Positions 26,271 to 35,364 of a stretch of 43,313 nucleotides of DNA are shown here, piece after piece. The translations under genes and the position numbers were made by a program. Numbering within the stretch: position 1 is the first letter of the stretch; every line of letters begins with the position of its first letter. This stretch comes from a virus. Lineage: Duplodnaviria; Caudoviricetes. Under the pieces are notes generated by a model that made no database searches, was not told the DNA's origin, and was given only the letters and a program-made list of their open reading frames with translations. The stretch covers positions 1 to 43,313 of the IMG/VR virus record IMGVR_UViG_3300037419_001025, one strand, 5' to 3'.

Positions 26271-26993
26271 CGCCTCATCAATCCTGTCCAAAGCCTGCCG
26301 TTCCTCGTCGTTCAATTCGAGGTCGGCAGGCAGCGGAGCCGCGATATCATTTTCCGGCATATCCCAAAGTTCCTTGTCAGCCTTTTGATACGCCATGTAT
26401 TTGACGAGGATCGTCGCCCAATCGATATTGACGTTAGTCAGGTTGACCGCCCCGCCAGGATAGGCGATATATGCTTCGCCGTTGACTATGCCGACTCCGC
26501 CAGGTTGACCGCTCGATAGAGCCTGCGCGGCTAAGTCTCGACGTATGCGCTCTTGTATTAATGTCGAGTCGATTTCGGTATTCTTGGCGGCGGTTGCGGC
26601 TACGCGCTCGGAGGCGAAAGGAGTCGTCGGAATTGGCGAACCGGGCGAGCCTGGAAATCCATAGGCATTGTTGCGCGTGGCCTTGTCAGCCTGGCGCATT
26701 TCTTCGGCGGCCTTGATAAGTCTGTCTCGCATTTCCCGAGCCTCTTGTTCGGTCGGTTGAGGATGTGACGATATTGCTGCCGACAATGTGTCGCGCATCG
26801 CTTGTATTTGCTCGTCTTGTTTTTCTTCCGGCATGTCTAATTTCCTCACAAGGTTAGTTACGCGCCGCTCGGGGATCGCGCGGCGGTCAATCGTTTTACG
26901 GCACGGCGGCCGGTCGGGGTCGTTCACGTCCCATTGCAGCCCACACCGCCCGCAATGCATCTCATCGCCTACCCGTTTAGCATCGCACGACAT
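26250..26993 (-). CDS. Hypothetical protein with N-terminal Cys-rich Zn-ribbon-like motif (247 aa)
   Basis: MSC...DEMHCGRCGLQWD..DPDRPPC; GGAGGG RBS. Confidence 0.75.
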   Translation of the reverse strand: MSCDAKRVGDEMHCGRCGLQWDVNDPDRPPCRKTIDRRAIPERRVTNLVRKLDMPEEKQDEQIQAMRDTLSAAISSHPQPTEQEAREMRDRLIKAAEEMRQADKATRNNAYGFPGSPGSPIPTTPFASERVAATAAKNTEIDSTLIQERIRRDLAAQALSSGQPGGVGIVNGEAYIAYPGGAVNLTNVNIDWATILVKYMAYQKADKELWDMPENDIAAPLPADLELNDEERQALDRIDEALRRRGL

Positions 26994-27442
26994 ATGCCCT
27001 CCAATTGCTCAAAGACGACCGGACCCCATGTAACGAGGTCGCGCAACGAATACGCGATAAGGCCCACGCACACCGCATAGGCGATGGCGACTTTCCAGTA
27101 ATAACGCATATCGTCGGGCGAGTAGATGTCGCCGGCGCCCGCGCCGAAGGCGTCACGCATCGAGCGCGGCACCTTGACATACTCACCGTCTATCTTGTCG
27201 CGGCTCGGCGGCGGGCTAGGCGTGTGGCGGCCATAGTTCGACACTGGCAATCCGTCGAGGAGGTCGCCAAGCGCTAATTCATGCAATCGAGCCTCGATAA
27301 CCGGCTCGCGCCCATCGCACCATCTGCGCATAGAGTCGATGGTTTGCAATTCTTTCGCTAATTCGCGGTATTCGCGAGTGCGACCGCGCCGCTCGAATGA
27401 CGCCGGTGTGAAGAATTGTTTAAGCCTTTGAAACTTTCCCAT
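26969..27442 (-). CDS. Hypothetical protein with a C-terminal transmembrane-like segment (157 aa)
   Basis: ATG 27442 after AAGAAAGGGG; hydrophobic VAIAYAVCVGLIAYSL. Confidence 0.7.
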   Translation of the reverse strand: MGKFQRLKQFFTPASFERRGRTREYRELAKELQTIDSMRRWCDGREPVIEARLHELALGDLLDGLPVSNYGRHTPSPPPSRDKIDGEYVKVPRSMRDAFGAGAGDIYSPDDMRYYWKVAIAYAVCVGLIAYSLRDLVTWGPVVFEQLEGICRAMLNG

Positions 27443-27605
27443 TAGCCGCCCCTTTCTTGCCATCCTTGAATGCTCGATAGTCGGCATTTTGCGAAATGGC
27501 GCCTTGAGTGATGCCGCATTTCTCGGCCGCCTCTTTCGCAGTTTTGCCGCCTTCGATAATCATTTTTAATGCCCGTTTCATTTCCCGCGATATTTTCGCG
27601 CCCAT
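27420..27605 (-). CDS. Small helix-turn-helix DNA-binding protein (61 aa)
   Basis: ALKMIIEGGKTAKEAAEKCGITQGAISQ fits an HTH pattern. Confidence 0.75.
   Translation of the reverse strand: MGAKISREMKRALKMIIEGGKTAKEAAEKCGITQGAISQNADYRAFKDGKKGAANGKVSKA
27432..27458 (-). repeat. Right arm of the 27-bp imperfect inverted repeat
   Basis: Reverse complement matches 25865-25891 at 25/27 positions. Confidence 0.85.
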
Positions 27606-27614
27606 GCGTAACCC

Positions 27615-27818
27615 CTAATCGAAAGTAAATCCCTTGAGCCTGGCGACTGTTACCGCATCGCTCTTGCTCGCCGTAGTGCAAATAACCTCGCCGTCCTCGA
27701 AGCGTTTCGCAACGAAGTTCAAGCCCGAAAGGTCTCGCCCGATATACGCGCGTTTGCATTCCACGGGTACGGCGGGACGAGGCTTTCGAGTCTGTTTATG
27801 GCGAGCGGTCGTTACCAT
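27615..27818 (-). CDS. Small basic hypothetical protein (67 aa)
   Basis: GAAAAGGTG RBS; first gene after the promoter at 27848-27876. Confidence 0.75.
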   Translation of the reverse strand: MVTTARHKQTRKPRPAVPVECKRAYIGRDLSGLNFVAKRFEDGEVICTTASKSDAVTVARLKGFTFD

Positions 27819-27847
27819 GATTGCACCTTTTCAGAGGTTACACCGCA

Positions 27848-27882
27848 ATCATAGTTTAATTTTTAAAGTGACGCAAGCGTCA
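27848..27882 (-). promoter_or_regulatory. Leftward sigma70-type promoter TTGCGT-N17-TATGAT with operator TGACGCAAGCGTCA (27869-27882)
   Basis: Near-copy of 4266-4302; the palindrome overlaps the -35 box. Confidence 0.75.
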
Positions 27883-27885
27883 TTA

Positions 27886-29985
27886 TTACGGAATCGCAAC
27901 AGGTACACCGGCGTTTTTCAGTAGCGAATACGCCTCGCAGATATAGCGCTGATAGTCGATGTCGGCCGGTAACTCGTCGGGTAGCTCCATGCACGGCTTT
28001 GCGCCTTGCGTTTTCGGGACGAGATTGCCGCTTTTAGCCGAACGGATCGCGCCAGGCATGCCGGCGCCGTAATACCATCGCACGACCCGGCCTAGATATT
28101 CTTTCCGCACCGGGTCGCGCTCGCGTAACTCAGAAAACGCGATCTTATGCGCCTCTTTGATCGCCAGCGGGCCGCGAGTATTGCCGATGCGGTCGAAAAC
28201 TTTCGGCTCGACTTCGACCCATCCGGTAAGCGCTAATTGCTGCCGCATGCCGCCGAGTGTGGTCGCCGCTTCGACAGGCTCGCCGTAATACTTAACGCCG
28301 CCGTCGCGCACATTCCATACATACACGAACTTGCGAATATCGCGACATGCTCTAATTGTTTGTTCGATAGGTACGAAGTCGCGTAAGAAAGCGATTATCG
28401 CTTCGACGCAAATAAATCCCGTGGGCGAGGGCCACGAGCTTGCGACCGGCTTCGCCTCGGCGAAATCCCCTTTCAGTTTGGCTTTCGGCTTCGGGTCTTT
28501 TTCGGTCGGCGTCTTGAACGCAACATACGAATTCACGCTGTAAAAATAGATTGCGTCGTATTTGACCGCCTCGGTTTTGAGGTCGGTTTCGCGCTGCCAT
28601 TGCTCGATAATTTGATCGCGCATCGCGAGCAAGTGGCGCGGACATTTAACGACGATGCCATCGGTATTTGCTGAGACGACCGATATACCGGCCAACTCCA
28701 AACGCTCGATAAGCATCAATATAGTTAGCTGGCCGCTAATCGTCGTTTGAATGCCAAGCTTCGGCGCCGACAAGATACCGAACCGTGAAAGCAGTTTGCC
28801 GAAAGTCCCGTTTAGAACAATCTTAAGGCTATCGGAACGCGGGTCTTTGATCGCTTTGTATTTAAACCGCTTATCGAAAATGTTTATATAAATCTCGCGC
28901 CACTTCGGTCCGCATTGGACGGGATAAAGGCCGGTGTTGATGATAAATTTCGGGTAATACGACTCGACGTCAATATCGACAAGTTCATTATCAGCATCGG
29001 TGAAATGCGCTATGCAGCTTTCTTGCGAATGCAAGCCGCCGAGGCCGACAGAGTAGACGGAATTGCCGATTCGTATATTTGCCGCCGGCGTCTTTTTATG
29101 ATCGAGTTCGACAGGTAATTCAACCGCACTCGGGCCGAGTATGAATCGCGCATTGCGTACCGTATGCAGTAGCGTTTGCAATACTGGCGTTTGAAAGTTG
29201 ACGTATGTCGGTGGCTCATAATTGAACCATGATCCGACAACCCATTCGGGTTGTTCGACATGAAAACCGAGTTCTTTTTTAAAGACCGCCTCGGCAATTT
29301 GCGCGTCAGACTTCGACCGTAGATCGACGCCGTATTCGGCCGACATTTCCTCGCGCAGTTTTATTTGCGTGGCAAACAAATTCAAAGCGTCGATATTGCC
29401 TTCGAGGTCATTTCCGCAATAGGTGCGCATCGTCGGCCGCATTTCAGGCGCAATACTCGCATCGGGCGGGATCGGTAGTTCTTGGATGCGCTTCGAATGC
29501 ATCTTCGCCATATACATTTTCAAGCCGTTATCGCCTGGCATGACCTCGATCAAGTCAATATGATCGATATAGGCGGGCGCAAAAACTTTATATTCTCGCT
29601 CGACGTTCCAACTTTTTAGACCCCGTGTAATGATTTGATCGGATAGCCATTTCAAGGCGAGATTATCCCATCCCATCAATGCGGCCGACATCATAGGAAT
29701 ATCATAATGATTGCCGTAAAAGGTAACAATATTCCAATCGCGCAAAGCCTTTTCGAGTGCAGCCACGTCGAGCGGCTTACCGGGATACATTTCCAGTTCT
29801 AACAGCATGCGCCGCGTATAAGCGCATTTGAACGAGGCTAGCCAATAATCTTTATAACACTCGGTATCACACGCCACGCGGGGCCGTGGGATCGTGCGGA
29901 TTAATTGACCTGGGGCGGGCGCTACGATAGCCGGCGGCGCAGCCAGGTGCGCAAGATGAGGCGGGGGCGGCGGAATGGTAATCAT
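27886..29985 (-). CDS. DNA polymerase, family B type, with 3'-5' exonuclease
   Basis: ExoI CDTECY, ExoII FYGNHYD, ExoIII YCGND; motif A DIDVESYYP, motif B KIVLNGTFGK, motif C SANTDG. Confidence 0.9.
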   Translation of the reverse strand: MITIPPPPPHLAHLAAPPAIVAPAPGQLIRTIPRPRVACDTECYKDYWLASFKCAYTRRMLLELEMYPGKPLDVAALEKALRDWNIVTFYGNHYDIPMMSAALMGWDNLALKWLSDQIITRGLKSWNVEREYKVFAPAYIDHIDLIEVMPGDNGLKMYMAKMHSKRIQELPIPPDASIAPEMRPTMRTYCGNDLEGNIDALNLFATQIKLREEMSAEYGVDLRSKSDAQIAEAVFKKELGFHVEQPEWVVGSWFNYEPPTYVNFQTPVLQTLLHTVRNARFILGPSAVELPVELDHKKTPAANIRIGNSVYSVGLGGLHSQESCIAHFTDADNELVDIDVESYYPKFIINTGLYPVQCGPKWREIYINIFDKRFKYKAIKDPRSDSLKIVLNGTFGKLLSRFGILSAPKLGIQTTISGQLTILMLIERLELAGISVVSANTDGIVVKCPRHLLAMRDQIIEQWQRETDLKTEAVKYDAIYFYSVNSYVAFKTPTEKDPKPKAKLKGDFAEAKPVASSWPSPTGFICVEAIIAFLRDFVPIEQTIRACRDIRKFVYVWNVRDGGVKYYGEPVEAATTLGGMRQQLALTGWVEVEPKVFDRIGNTRGPLAIKEAHKIAFSELRERDPVRKEYLGRVVRWYYGAGMPGAIRSAKSGNLVPKTQGAKPCMELPDELPADIDYQRYICEAYSLLKNAGVPVAIP

Positions 29986-29988
29986 AGG

Positions 29989-30174
29989 TTAGAAAGTAGG
30001 CGTCTCGGCCATTTCGTCATAGATTTGTGTCGCGCGTTTGTGATGCGCCGTTATCAAGCTCGTATCCCCATCGCGAAAGGTAATTACGCCTTTTACGATG
30101 GGGATAAATAGCTCAAGCGCGGCCAGGTATTGCGCGGCTCGCCAGGTATCGCCATTGGTAGGAATGATATTCAT
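29989..30174 (-). CDS. Small hypothetical protein (61 aa)
   Basis: Fills the gap between the terminator and the polymerase; no clear RBS. Confidence 0.45.
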   Translation of the reverse strand: MNIIPTNGDTWRAAQYLAALELFIPIVKGVITFRDGDTSLITAHHKRATQIYDEMAETPTF

Positions 30175-30175
30175 G

Positions 30176-30203
30176 AATGAAAATGCCCGCACTAGGCGGG
30201 CAT
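30176..30203 (-). terminator. Intrinsic terminator after the SSB gene
   Basis: Minus strand ATGCCCGC-CTAGT-GCGGGCAT followed by TTTCATT. Confidence 0.7.
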
Positions 30204-30221
30204 CCTTTCGTTACTGTTGAG

Positions 30222-31418
30222 TTATACCCATTGCGCCACGCCGGCGCCGACCAACTGTTCGTCGCTCCAATTCGACGCTTTGTAGGCCTCGTATGTACCC
30301 TGCGCCGTGGCCGTCATGACGAGGCGGCGAGCGGGGGCGGCCGCTGCTGCGCCAGGGGGCGGAGGCATACCGCCGGGACCGTTCGCAAACCCGACATTAG
30401 GCGTCACCGGGGCGACAGGCGCAATCTGCGCAGCGGGGGCCGATCCGGCCGGCGCAGAAAAACCCGGCGGCAGCGGCGCGGCGCCTGGCGCCATCGGAGT
30501 AACCGCAGCCACGGTGGCGGGCCGCGTGGCATATCCGGCCGCAATGATTTGGTCATCGGTCCACTGCTGCGCCCGCAACGCTTCGAGCGTATAAGGCGAA
30601 TTCGGATTCATGACGATAGACGCGGGCGGAGCAACCGCAGCGGCGCCAGGCGGGGCAACGACGGCCATACCGGCACCTGGCGGAGTCGGCACGAGCGGCG
30701 CCATACCGGCACCTGGCGGAGTCGGCATATTGCCGGCAGGCGGAGCGGCAACCGAATTCGTATTGAACGCGCCGGCGGGCGGAGCAAGCGAAGCGCCAGC
30801 GGGCAACGGAGCGAGACCGAAGCCCGCGCTTGCCACGTCGGGACCGCTGACGATTTCGTCACCGTAGCCGGCGAAACAAACCATGCGCGGATTTAAATGT
30901 ATGCCGGGGGTATCGCGAGACTCGTTGCTCTTGGCCGCGACATTGACTTGCACGTAATAGCCGTTTTTAATCGCGCCTTCGATTTGAAACGGGTCGAATT
31001 GGTCTCGCGTGCCGTCGCGCAATTTGTAAATGCCCGGCGCATAGGACGATGAAAATTTCAAAATCCAATGACCGGCGAACCCGGTTTGGTCGCATGGGCG
31101 CTTGTTGTTTTTATTCGGCTTCGTGTCGTCGCCGTCGATAATCTTCCACGCGAAAGTAGGGTGCGAGGCGTGGTTCGGAAATGCAGTGTGACCAAGTTGC
31201 CAAAGCACGCGCCCCCATTCGGTATTGCCCCAATGCTCACCGGGCGCCCCTTTCGCAATAGCCAAGCCGAAGCCATACTCGACGCGGGGCTTGCCGGCGT
31301 TCGGGCCGTTCTTCACGACGAGCGGCTTGCCCGTCGAGTCTTTTTCGCGCGGTTTGTAAAGTGAGCCGTAGACGAGACGACCGACGGGGGTTGTAAAAAT
31401 AACGTCGTTACCTGCCAT
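30222..31418 (-). CDS. Single-stranded DNA-binding protein (T7 gp2.5 / DUF2815-like) with long Pro/Ala tail
   Basis: TPVGRLV.GSL, WKIIDGD, GHWILKFSS, GYYVQV...N.S..TPGIHLN; next to polymerase and nuclease. Confidence 0.75.
   Translation of the reverse strand: MAGNDVIFTTPVGRLVYGSLYKPREKDSTGKPLVVKNGPNAGKPRVEYGFGLAIAKGAPGEHWGNTEWGRVLWQLGHTAFPNHASHPTFAWKIIDGDDTKPNKNNKRPCDQTGFAGHWILKFSSSYAPGIYKLRDGTRDQFDPFQIEGAIKNGYYVQVNVAAKSNESRDTPGIHLNPRMVCFAGYGDEIVSGPDVASAGFGLAPLPAGASLAPPAGAFNTNSVAAPPAGNMPTPPGAGMAPLVPTPPGAGMAVVAPPGAAAVAPPASIVMNPNSPYTLEALRAQQWTDDQIIAAGYATRPATVAAVTPMAPGAAPLPPGFSAPAGSAPAAQIAPVAPVTPNVGFANGPGGMPPPPGAAAAAPARRLVMTATAQGTYEAYKASNWSDEQLVGAGVAQWV
30664..30727. repeat. 28-bp exact direct repeat with 36-bp period in the SSB linker
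   Basis: GCCATACCGGCACCTGGCGGAGTCGGCA at 30664 and 30700 (PTPPGAGMA twice). Confidence 0.9.
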
Positions 31419-31456
31419 GATTTATTGCCTTTCCTGAAGTTGAAATAACGTTCTAG

Positions 31457-32590
31457 TTATTCCGGTTTAAAGAAAACTTTCGCCGCACGCGAACCGGAAT
31501 CGCGAACGAGTTTTAACGATGAGTTACGTCGCGCCATCGACTCGACAACCTCGCGCGGCACGCCGGCATCAATGGCTTGCGTGGGCGTCAATATCTCATT
31601 CTTGCGAATATTGACGCCGAGTAGTTCCGCCGACGTTGCGGCCTGGTCGGCCGGTGCCGTCCAAACGAGTTTGCCGGGTACGCTTTCAACCGCATAGCCT
31701 GGCACGCGCTCACCCTTGCGGGTCGCCCTGGTGAATGCTTCCTCTTCCAAGCCCGAGATACGCGCTTTAAGTCGCTCGGCCGCCGTTTGAAGCATCGACA
31801 GTTCAAGACCGAGCGCCGCCGGCGGTAAGTCGTGAGGCACGGAATCGTAAGACTTGTCGGCCGCGCGATACCCTTCGCGTTGCAGTGCTGTACAAACGTG
31901 ACGACCGGGGCAGTTCTCGCACTCTTTGTTCACGGTCGCCGGCGGATTCGGCTGCGTGGCGAGCGCCGCAGCATTCGCGAGTCGGTTGATATGGCCGCGT
32001 AAGTCGGAAGCAAGGATAGACCAGCGTCGAATAGGCCCGCTTACGTCGTAATTACGCGGTTGAATAACCGTTATGTCGATCCAAATATGTTGATCTTGAA
32101 TGCCGTTCACTTCCATCAATTCGAGAATAGCCGCCGCGTAGTTAATGCATTGCCAGTTCTCAAACGCATCGACGAAGCCATGTCCGAATTTATAGTCGTA
32201 GACTTTGATCCGGCCGCCTTGCTGCCAGTAAAACCATGTATCAGGCGTGCCGTCGTTATAGGGGCTTATCGTCTTGTGTGCGCTGACATGACGTTCGATA
32301 AACAGCGCCGAACGGTCGAGGCCACACGCGAGTAAGTCGCTATCAATGGTACGAACGTACATATCGCCGCCTTGCATCATTTCTTCGGTGACGAAATAGA
32401 GATTCGGCGTCATTGCACCGACGCTGACAGGTTGATTGTAGAAGCGCTGCACAAAGACCCAATGCGCGGCCGTGCCTTCGATTGATGCGGGCTTATCGTC
32501 TTGAGGGTAAGCGGCGTTCATCATCGGCCAGGCCGCGCATGCGATCCATGCGGCGGCGCCGCTCGGGGGTAGGAAAGCATGCGCGGCCAT
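31457..32590 (-). CDS. Cas4/RecB-like PD-(D/E)XK exonuclease (DUF2800-like)
   Basis: HAFLPPSGA..W..C, EGTAAH, GTPD, VYDYKFG, NWQ..NY, IQPR, C..CP....C. Confidence 0.88.
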   Translation of the reverse strand: MAAHAFLPPSGAAAWIACAAWPMMNAAYPQDDKPASIEGTAAHWVFVQRFYNQPVSVGAMTPNLYFVTEEMMQGGDMYVRTIDSDLLACGLDRSALFIERHVSAHKTISPYNDGTPDTWFYWQQGGRIKVYDYKFGHGFVDAFENWQCINYAAAILELMEVNGIQDQHIWIDITVIQPRNYDVSGPIRRWSILASDLRGHINRLANAAALATQPNPPATVNKECENCPGRHVCTALQREGYRAADKSYDSVPHDLPPAALGLELSMLQTAAERLKARISGLEEEAFTRATRKGERVPGYAVESVPGKLVWTAPADQAATSAELLGVNIRKNEILTPTQAIDAGVPREVVESMARRNSSLKLVRDSGSRAAKVFFKPE

Positions 32591-32593
32591 GGA

Positions 32594-33487
32594 TCAACCC
32601 CGCATCAAAAGAATGCTATTGAGGTAGCCGACGAATTGCGGCAAGAGATCGGGGCGGCCTGCCAGCACGGGCAATTGCGCGAGGCCGAACGTCGCGCACG
32701 CGCCGGCGAGGTCGTCTTGTGTCAGCTTGCCGGCGTTGACTTGCGTCGTCACCTGGCCGACGAGTTCGACGAATGTTTGCGCCGTGATGCTATTCGTCCC
32801 GCTCGCCGGCGAGGATGCAGGGGCGGCAATAGCCGGGCTTGCGGCGGCCGACGCAGAGGGGGAAGCAGCGGGTAATGTGAGGCTCGAAGATGCGGCCGGC
32901 GTATGGGTCGGGGGCGGCGGCAGGGTAGATTGTGATACTTGCGGGGCGGCCGGCGTCGCAGGCGGCGCTATTCCCGCCGATTGACCGTTTCCCAATGATG
33001 CCCGTAACTGAGCCTCGACACGTTGCTTTTTTGTCGCGTCATCGACGTTTTTCTTGTACTTCCATCGACCATCGGCATTTTTCGTTTTCGTGCTGGCGTG
33101 GATATCAGCGCTCCAAGGAAACCCGGCCGAATCGAGTTCAATCGTACCAGATGACGCCGGGGCAAGGGCCGTACCGTGTGCAGGGGCCGCAGCAACGGCC
33201 GCGCCGTTCGCAATCGGACTTTGACCGTTTCCCAATACCGAGCCGGCGAATGCCTGTTGCGCTGCGCCCGTATCGACGACGGCCACGCCTGCAAATGCCT
33301 GTTGCGCATCGTCTGCGCCGAGGCCGGCACCGGGGTTATCTTCGGCGGCAAGCGGGGGTTGCGGAGCAGCGGCATAACCGGGGAAATTGGACTTGATCGC
33401 GGCGGCCTGGCGAACAAGAGCGATGATTTTTTCGAGGGATTCGGGGGAAAGACTCGCGGGGTCGTTGATCGTTATCGAAAGGGACAT
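32594..33487 (-). CDS. Ala/Pro-rich replication-module protein (297 aa)
   Basis: Central ELDSAGFPWSADIHASTKTKNADGRWKYKK domain and a short C-terminal helical domain between disordered linkers; GGAG RBS. Confidence 0.8.
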   Translation of the reverse strand: MSLSITINDPASLSPESLEKIIALVRQAAAIKSNFPGYAAAPQPPLAAEDNPGAGLGADDAQQAFAGVAVVDTGAAQQAFAGSVLGNGQSPIANGAAVAAAPAHGTALAPASSGTIELDSAGFPWSADIHASTKTKNADGRWKYKKNVDDATKKQRVEAQLRASLGNGQSAGIAPPATPAAPQVSQSTLPPPPTHTPAASSSLTLPAASPSASAAASPAIAAPASSPASGTNSITAQTFVELVGQVTTQVNAGKLTQDDLAGACATFGLAQLPVLAGRPDLLPQFVGYLNSILLMRG

Positions 33488-33506
33488 AATTTCTCCAAGA
33501 GGGTTA

Positions 33507-33570
33507 TTTGATTTCCGTCAAAAACATTTGACGCGAAGCAAGCATAACGGCAAAATGACGCATCCGTCAA
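33507..33570. promoter_or_regulatory. Overlapping divergent promoters with operator TGACGCATCCGTCA (33556-33569) and a TTGAT-N4-GTCAA box (33508-33521)
   Basis: Rightward TTGACG-N17-CAAAAT (33528-33556); leftward TTGACG-N18-TATGCT starting at 33570; lies between the divergent replication operons. Confidence 0.65.
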
Positions 33571-33588
33571 TATCACTACAAAATTTTT

Positions 33589-35355
33589 ATGCCTGTCCTT
33601 CGCCCCTTTCAAGCAAAGTCGGAACAAGACATCTATAACGCATGGAACGATAGGAATAAAGTCGTCGGCCTGGTATCGCCGACCGGCTCGGGGAAAACGA
33701 CTGTCTTTACCAAAATACTCAACGACTATTCAGGCGTGCGATGCGCAATCGCTCATCGTCAAGAGCTTGTGTCGCAAATGTCGATAGCTCTCGGCCGCAA
33801 CGGCGTGCGTCATAACATCATCGCCCCAGACAAGGTTCGGCGAATGATCGTGTCGATGCAAATTCTCGAACTCGGCACAAGCTATTACGACCGCAATTCA
33901 AAGTTGCATGTCGCCGGCGTGGATACCTTTAATTTGCTGGATGACGCGCCTTGGATGAAGCAATGCGGCCTGGTCGTACCCGACGAAGCGCATCACGTTT
34001 TACGCGAAAACAAATGGGGTCAAGCGGTTATCCGACTGCCGAATGCGTACGGACTATTCCCCTCGGCGACATTCTGCCGCGCTGACGGTAAAGGCCTTGG
34101 CCGCCACGCCGACGGCTTCGTCGATACGCTCGTTTTCGCGCCGTACATGCGCGAAGTTATCAACATGGGGTATTTGACCGATTACCGGATCGTTTGCGCC
34201 GAATCCGATATCGTCATGACTGACGATGACATAAGCTCGACGACGGGCGATTTCAACATGCACAAGCTGCGCGAGAAACATAAGAACTCGCGTCATATCG
34301 TCGGCGATGTCGTCAAGGCTTATTTGCAATTCGCAAAAGGCATGACCGGCATAACATTTGCGGTCGATATTGAGGAAGCCGCCAAGATAGCGCAAGCATT
34401 CCGTGCCGCCGGCGTACCGGCCGAGGTCGTGAGCGGCAAGACGCCTGACGACTTGCGCACCGCCATTTTGCAGCGGTTGAAAAATAAAGAAATTTTACAG
34501 GTCGTCAACGTCGATCTATTCGGCGAGGGTGTCGATGTCCCCGCGATTCAGGTCGTAAGTTTCGCTCGCCATACAATGTCGTTTTCACTCTATGCGCAAC
34601 AGTTCGGAAGGGCGCTTAGGCTTTTGATCGATGGCAGCTACATGAGACTCGTCGGCGGCGTTCCGTACTATGACACGCTGACGAATGAACAGCGTCGCGC
34701 GATTATTGCGCAAAGCGCGAAGCCGAAAGCGCTTATCATCGACCATGTAGGCAATGTCTTGCGTCACCTGGGGCCGCCCGACGCCGAGCAAAATAATCTG
34801 CGTCAGACGCTTGACCGTCGCGAACGACGCGGCGGCAAAAAGTCTGACGCAATCCCGTGGCGCTATTGCCTCTCTGAGCAATGCTTGCAGCCTTACGAGC
34901 GCATCTATAAATGCTGCCCCTATTGCGGCACCTATCCCCCGATCCCGGCGCGTAACGATCCGGTTTATGTCGATGGCGACATGACGGAACTCGACGAAGA
35001 TTTTTTGCGCATGATGCGCGGAGAAATCGCCAAAAAGCAAAATTTTTGCGCGATACCCGCGAACGCGACGCCAGAAATCGAAGGGCGCTTACGTCGGGTT
35101 CATTGGGAAAAGCAGCAGGTACACGCGCAACTGAGGAACGCCGTCGATTGGTGGGCCGGTCTACAGAACGCACAAGGCCGCAACGACTCGCAAGCTTATC
35201 GGCTTTTCTTTCATAAATTCGGCATCGACACGTTAAGCATGCAGTTGCTCGACAAAGCCGAAGCAACCGAACTCTATTCTCGCGTGGCCGGCGAACTGGC
35301 AAAGTATGGTATCGACGCCACGCAAAATGCAGCAATGGCTTTAACTCAACACTGA
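33589..35355 (+). CDS. SF2 (DEAH-type) DNA helicase with C-terminal Zn ribbon
   Basis: LRPFQ, SPTGSGKT, AHRQEL, DEAHH, SAT, GVDVP, QQFGRALR, C....C...CPYCG. Confidence 0.93.
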   Translation: MPVLRPFQAKSEQDIYNAWNDRNKVVGLVSPTGSGKTTVFTKILNDYSGVRCAIAHRQELVSQMSIALGRNGVRHNIIAPDKVRRMIVSMQILELGTSYYDRNSKLHVAGVDTFNLLDDAPWMKQCGLVVPDEAHHVLRENKWGQAVIRLPNAYGLFPSATFCRADGKGLGRHADGFVDTLVFAPYMREVINMGYLTDYRIVCAESDIVMTDDDISSTTGDFNMHKLREKHKNSRHIVGDVVKAYLQFAKGMTGITFAVDIEEAAKIAQAFRAAGVPAEVVSGKTPDDLRTAILQRLKNKEILQVVNVDLFGEGVDVPAIQVVSFARHTMSFSLYAQQFGRALRLLIDGSYMRLVGGVPYYDTLTNEQRRAIIAQSAKPKALIIDHVGNVLRHLGPPDAEQNNLRQTLDRRERRGGKKSDAIPWRYCLSEQCLQPYERIYKCCPYCGTYPPIPARNDPVYVDGDMTELDEDFLRMMRGEIAKKQNFCAIPANATPEIEGRLRRVHWEKQQVHAQLRNAVDWWAGLQNAQGRNDSQAYRLFFHKFGIDTLSMQLLDKAEATELYSRVAGELAKYGIDATQNAAMALTQH

Positions 35356-35364
35356 AAGGAAATT

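Noticed and set aside
31457-32590. Cas4-like gene as part of a CRISPR system
   Set aside because: No repeat-spacer array or other cas genes seen; it sits in a replication operon, as stand-alone phage Cas4-like nucleases do.
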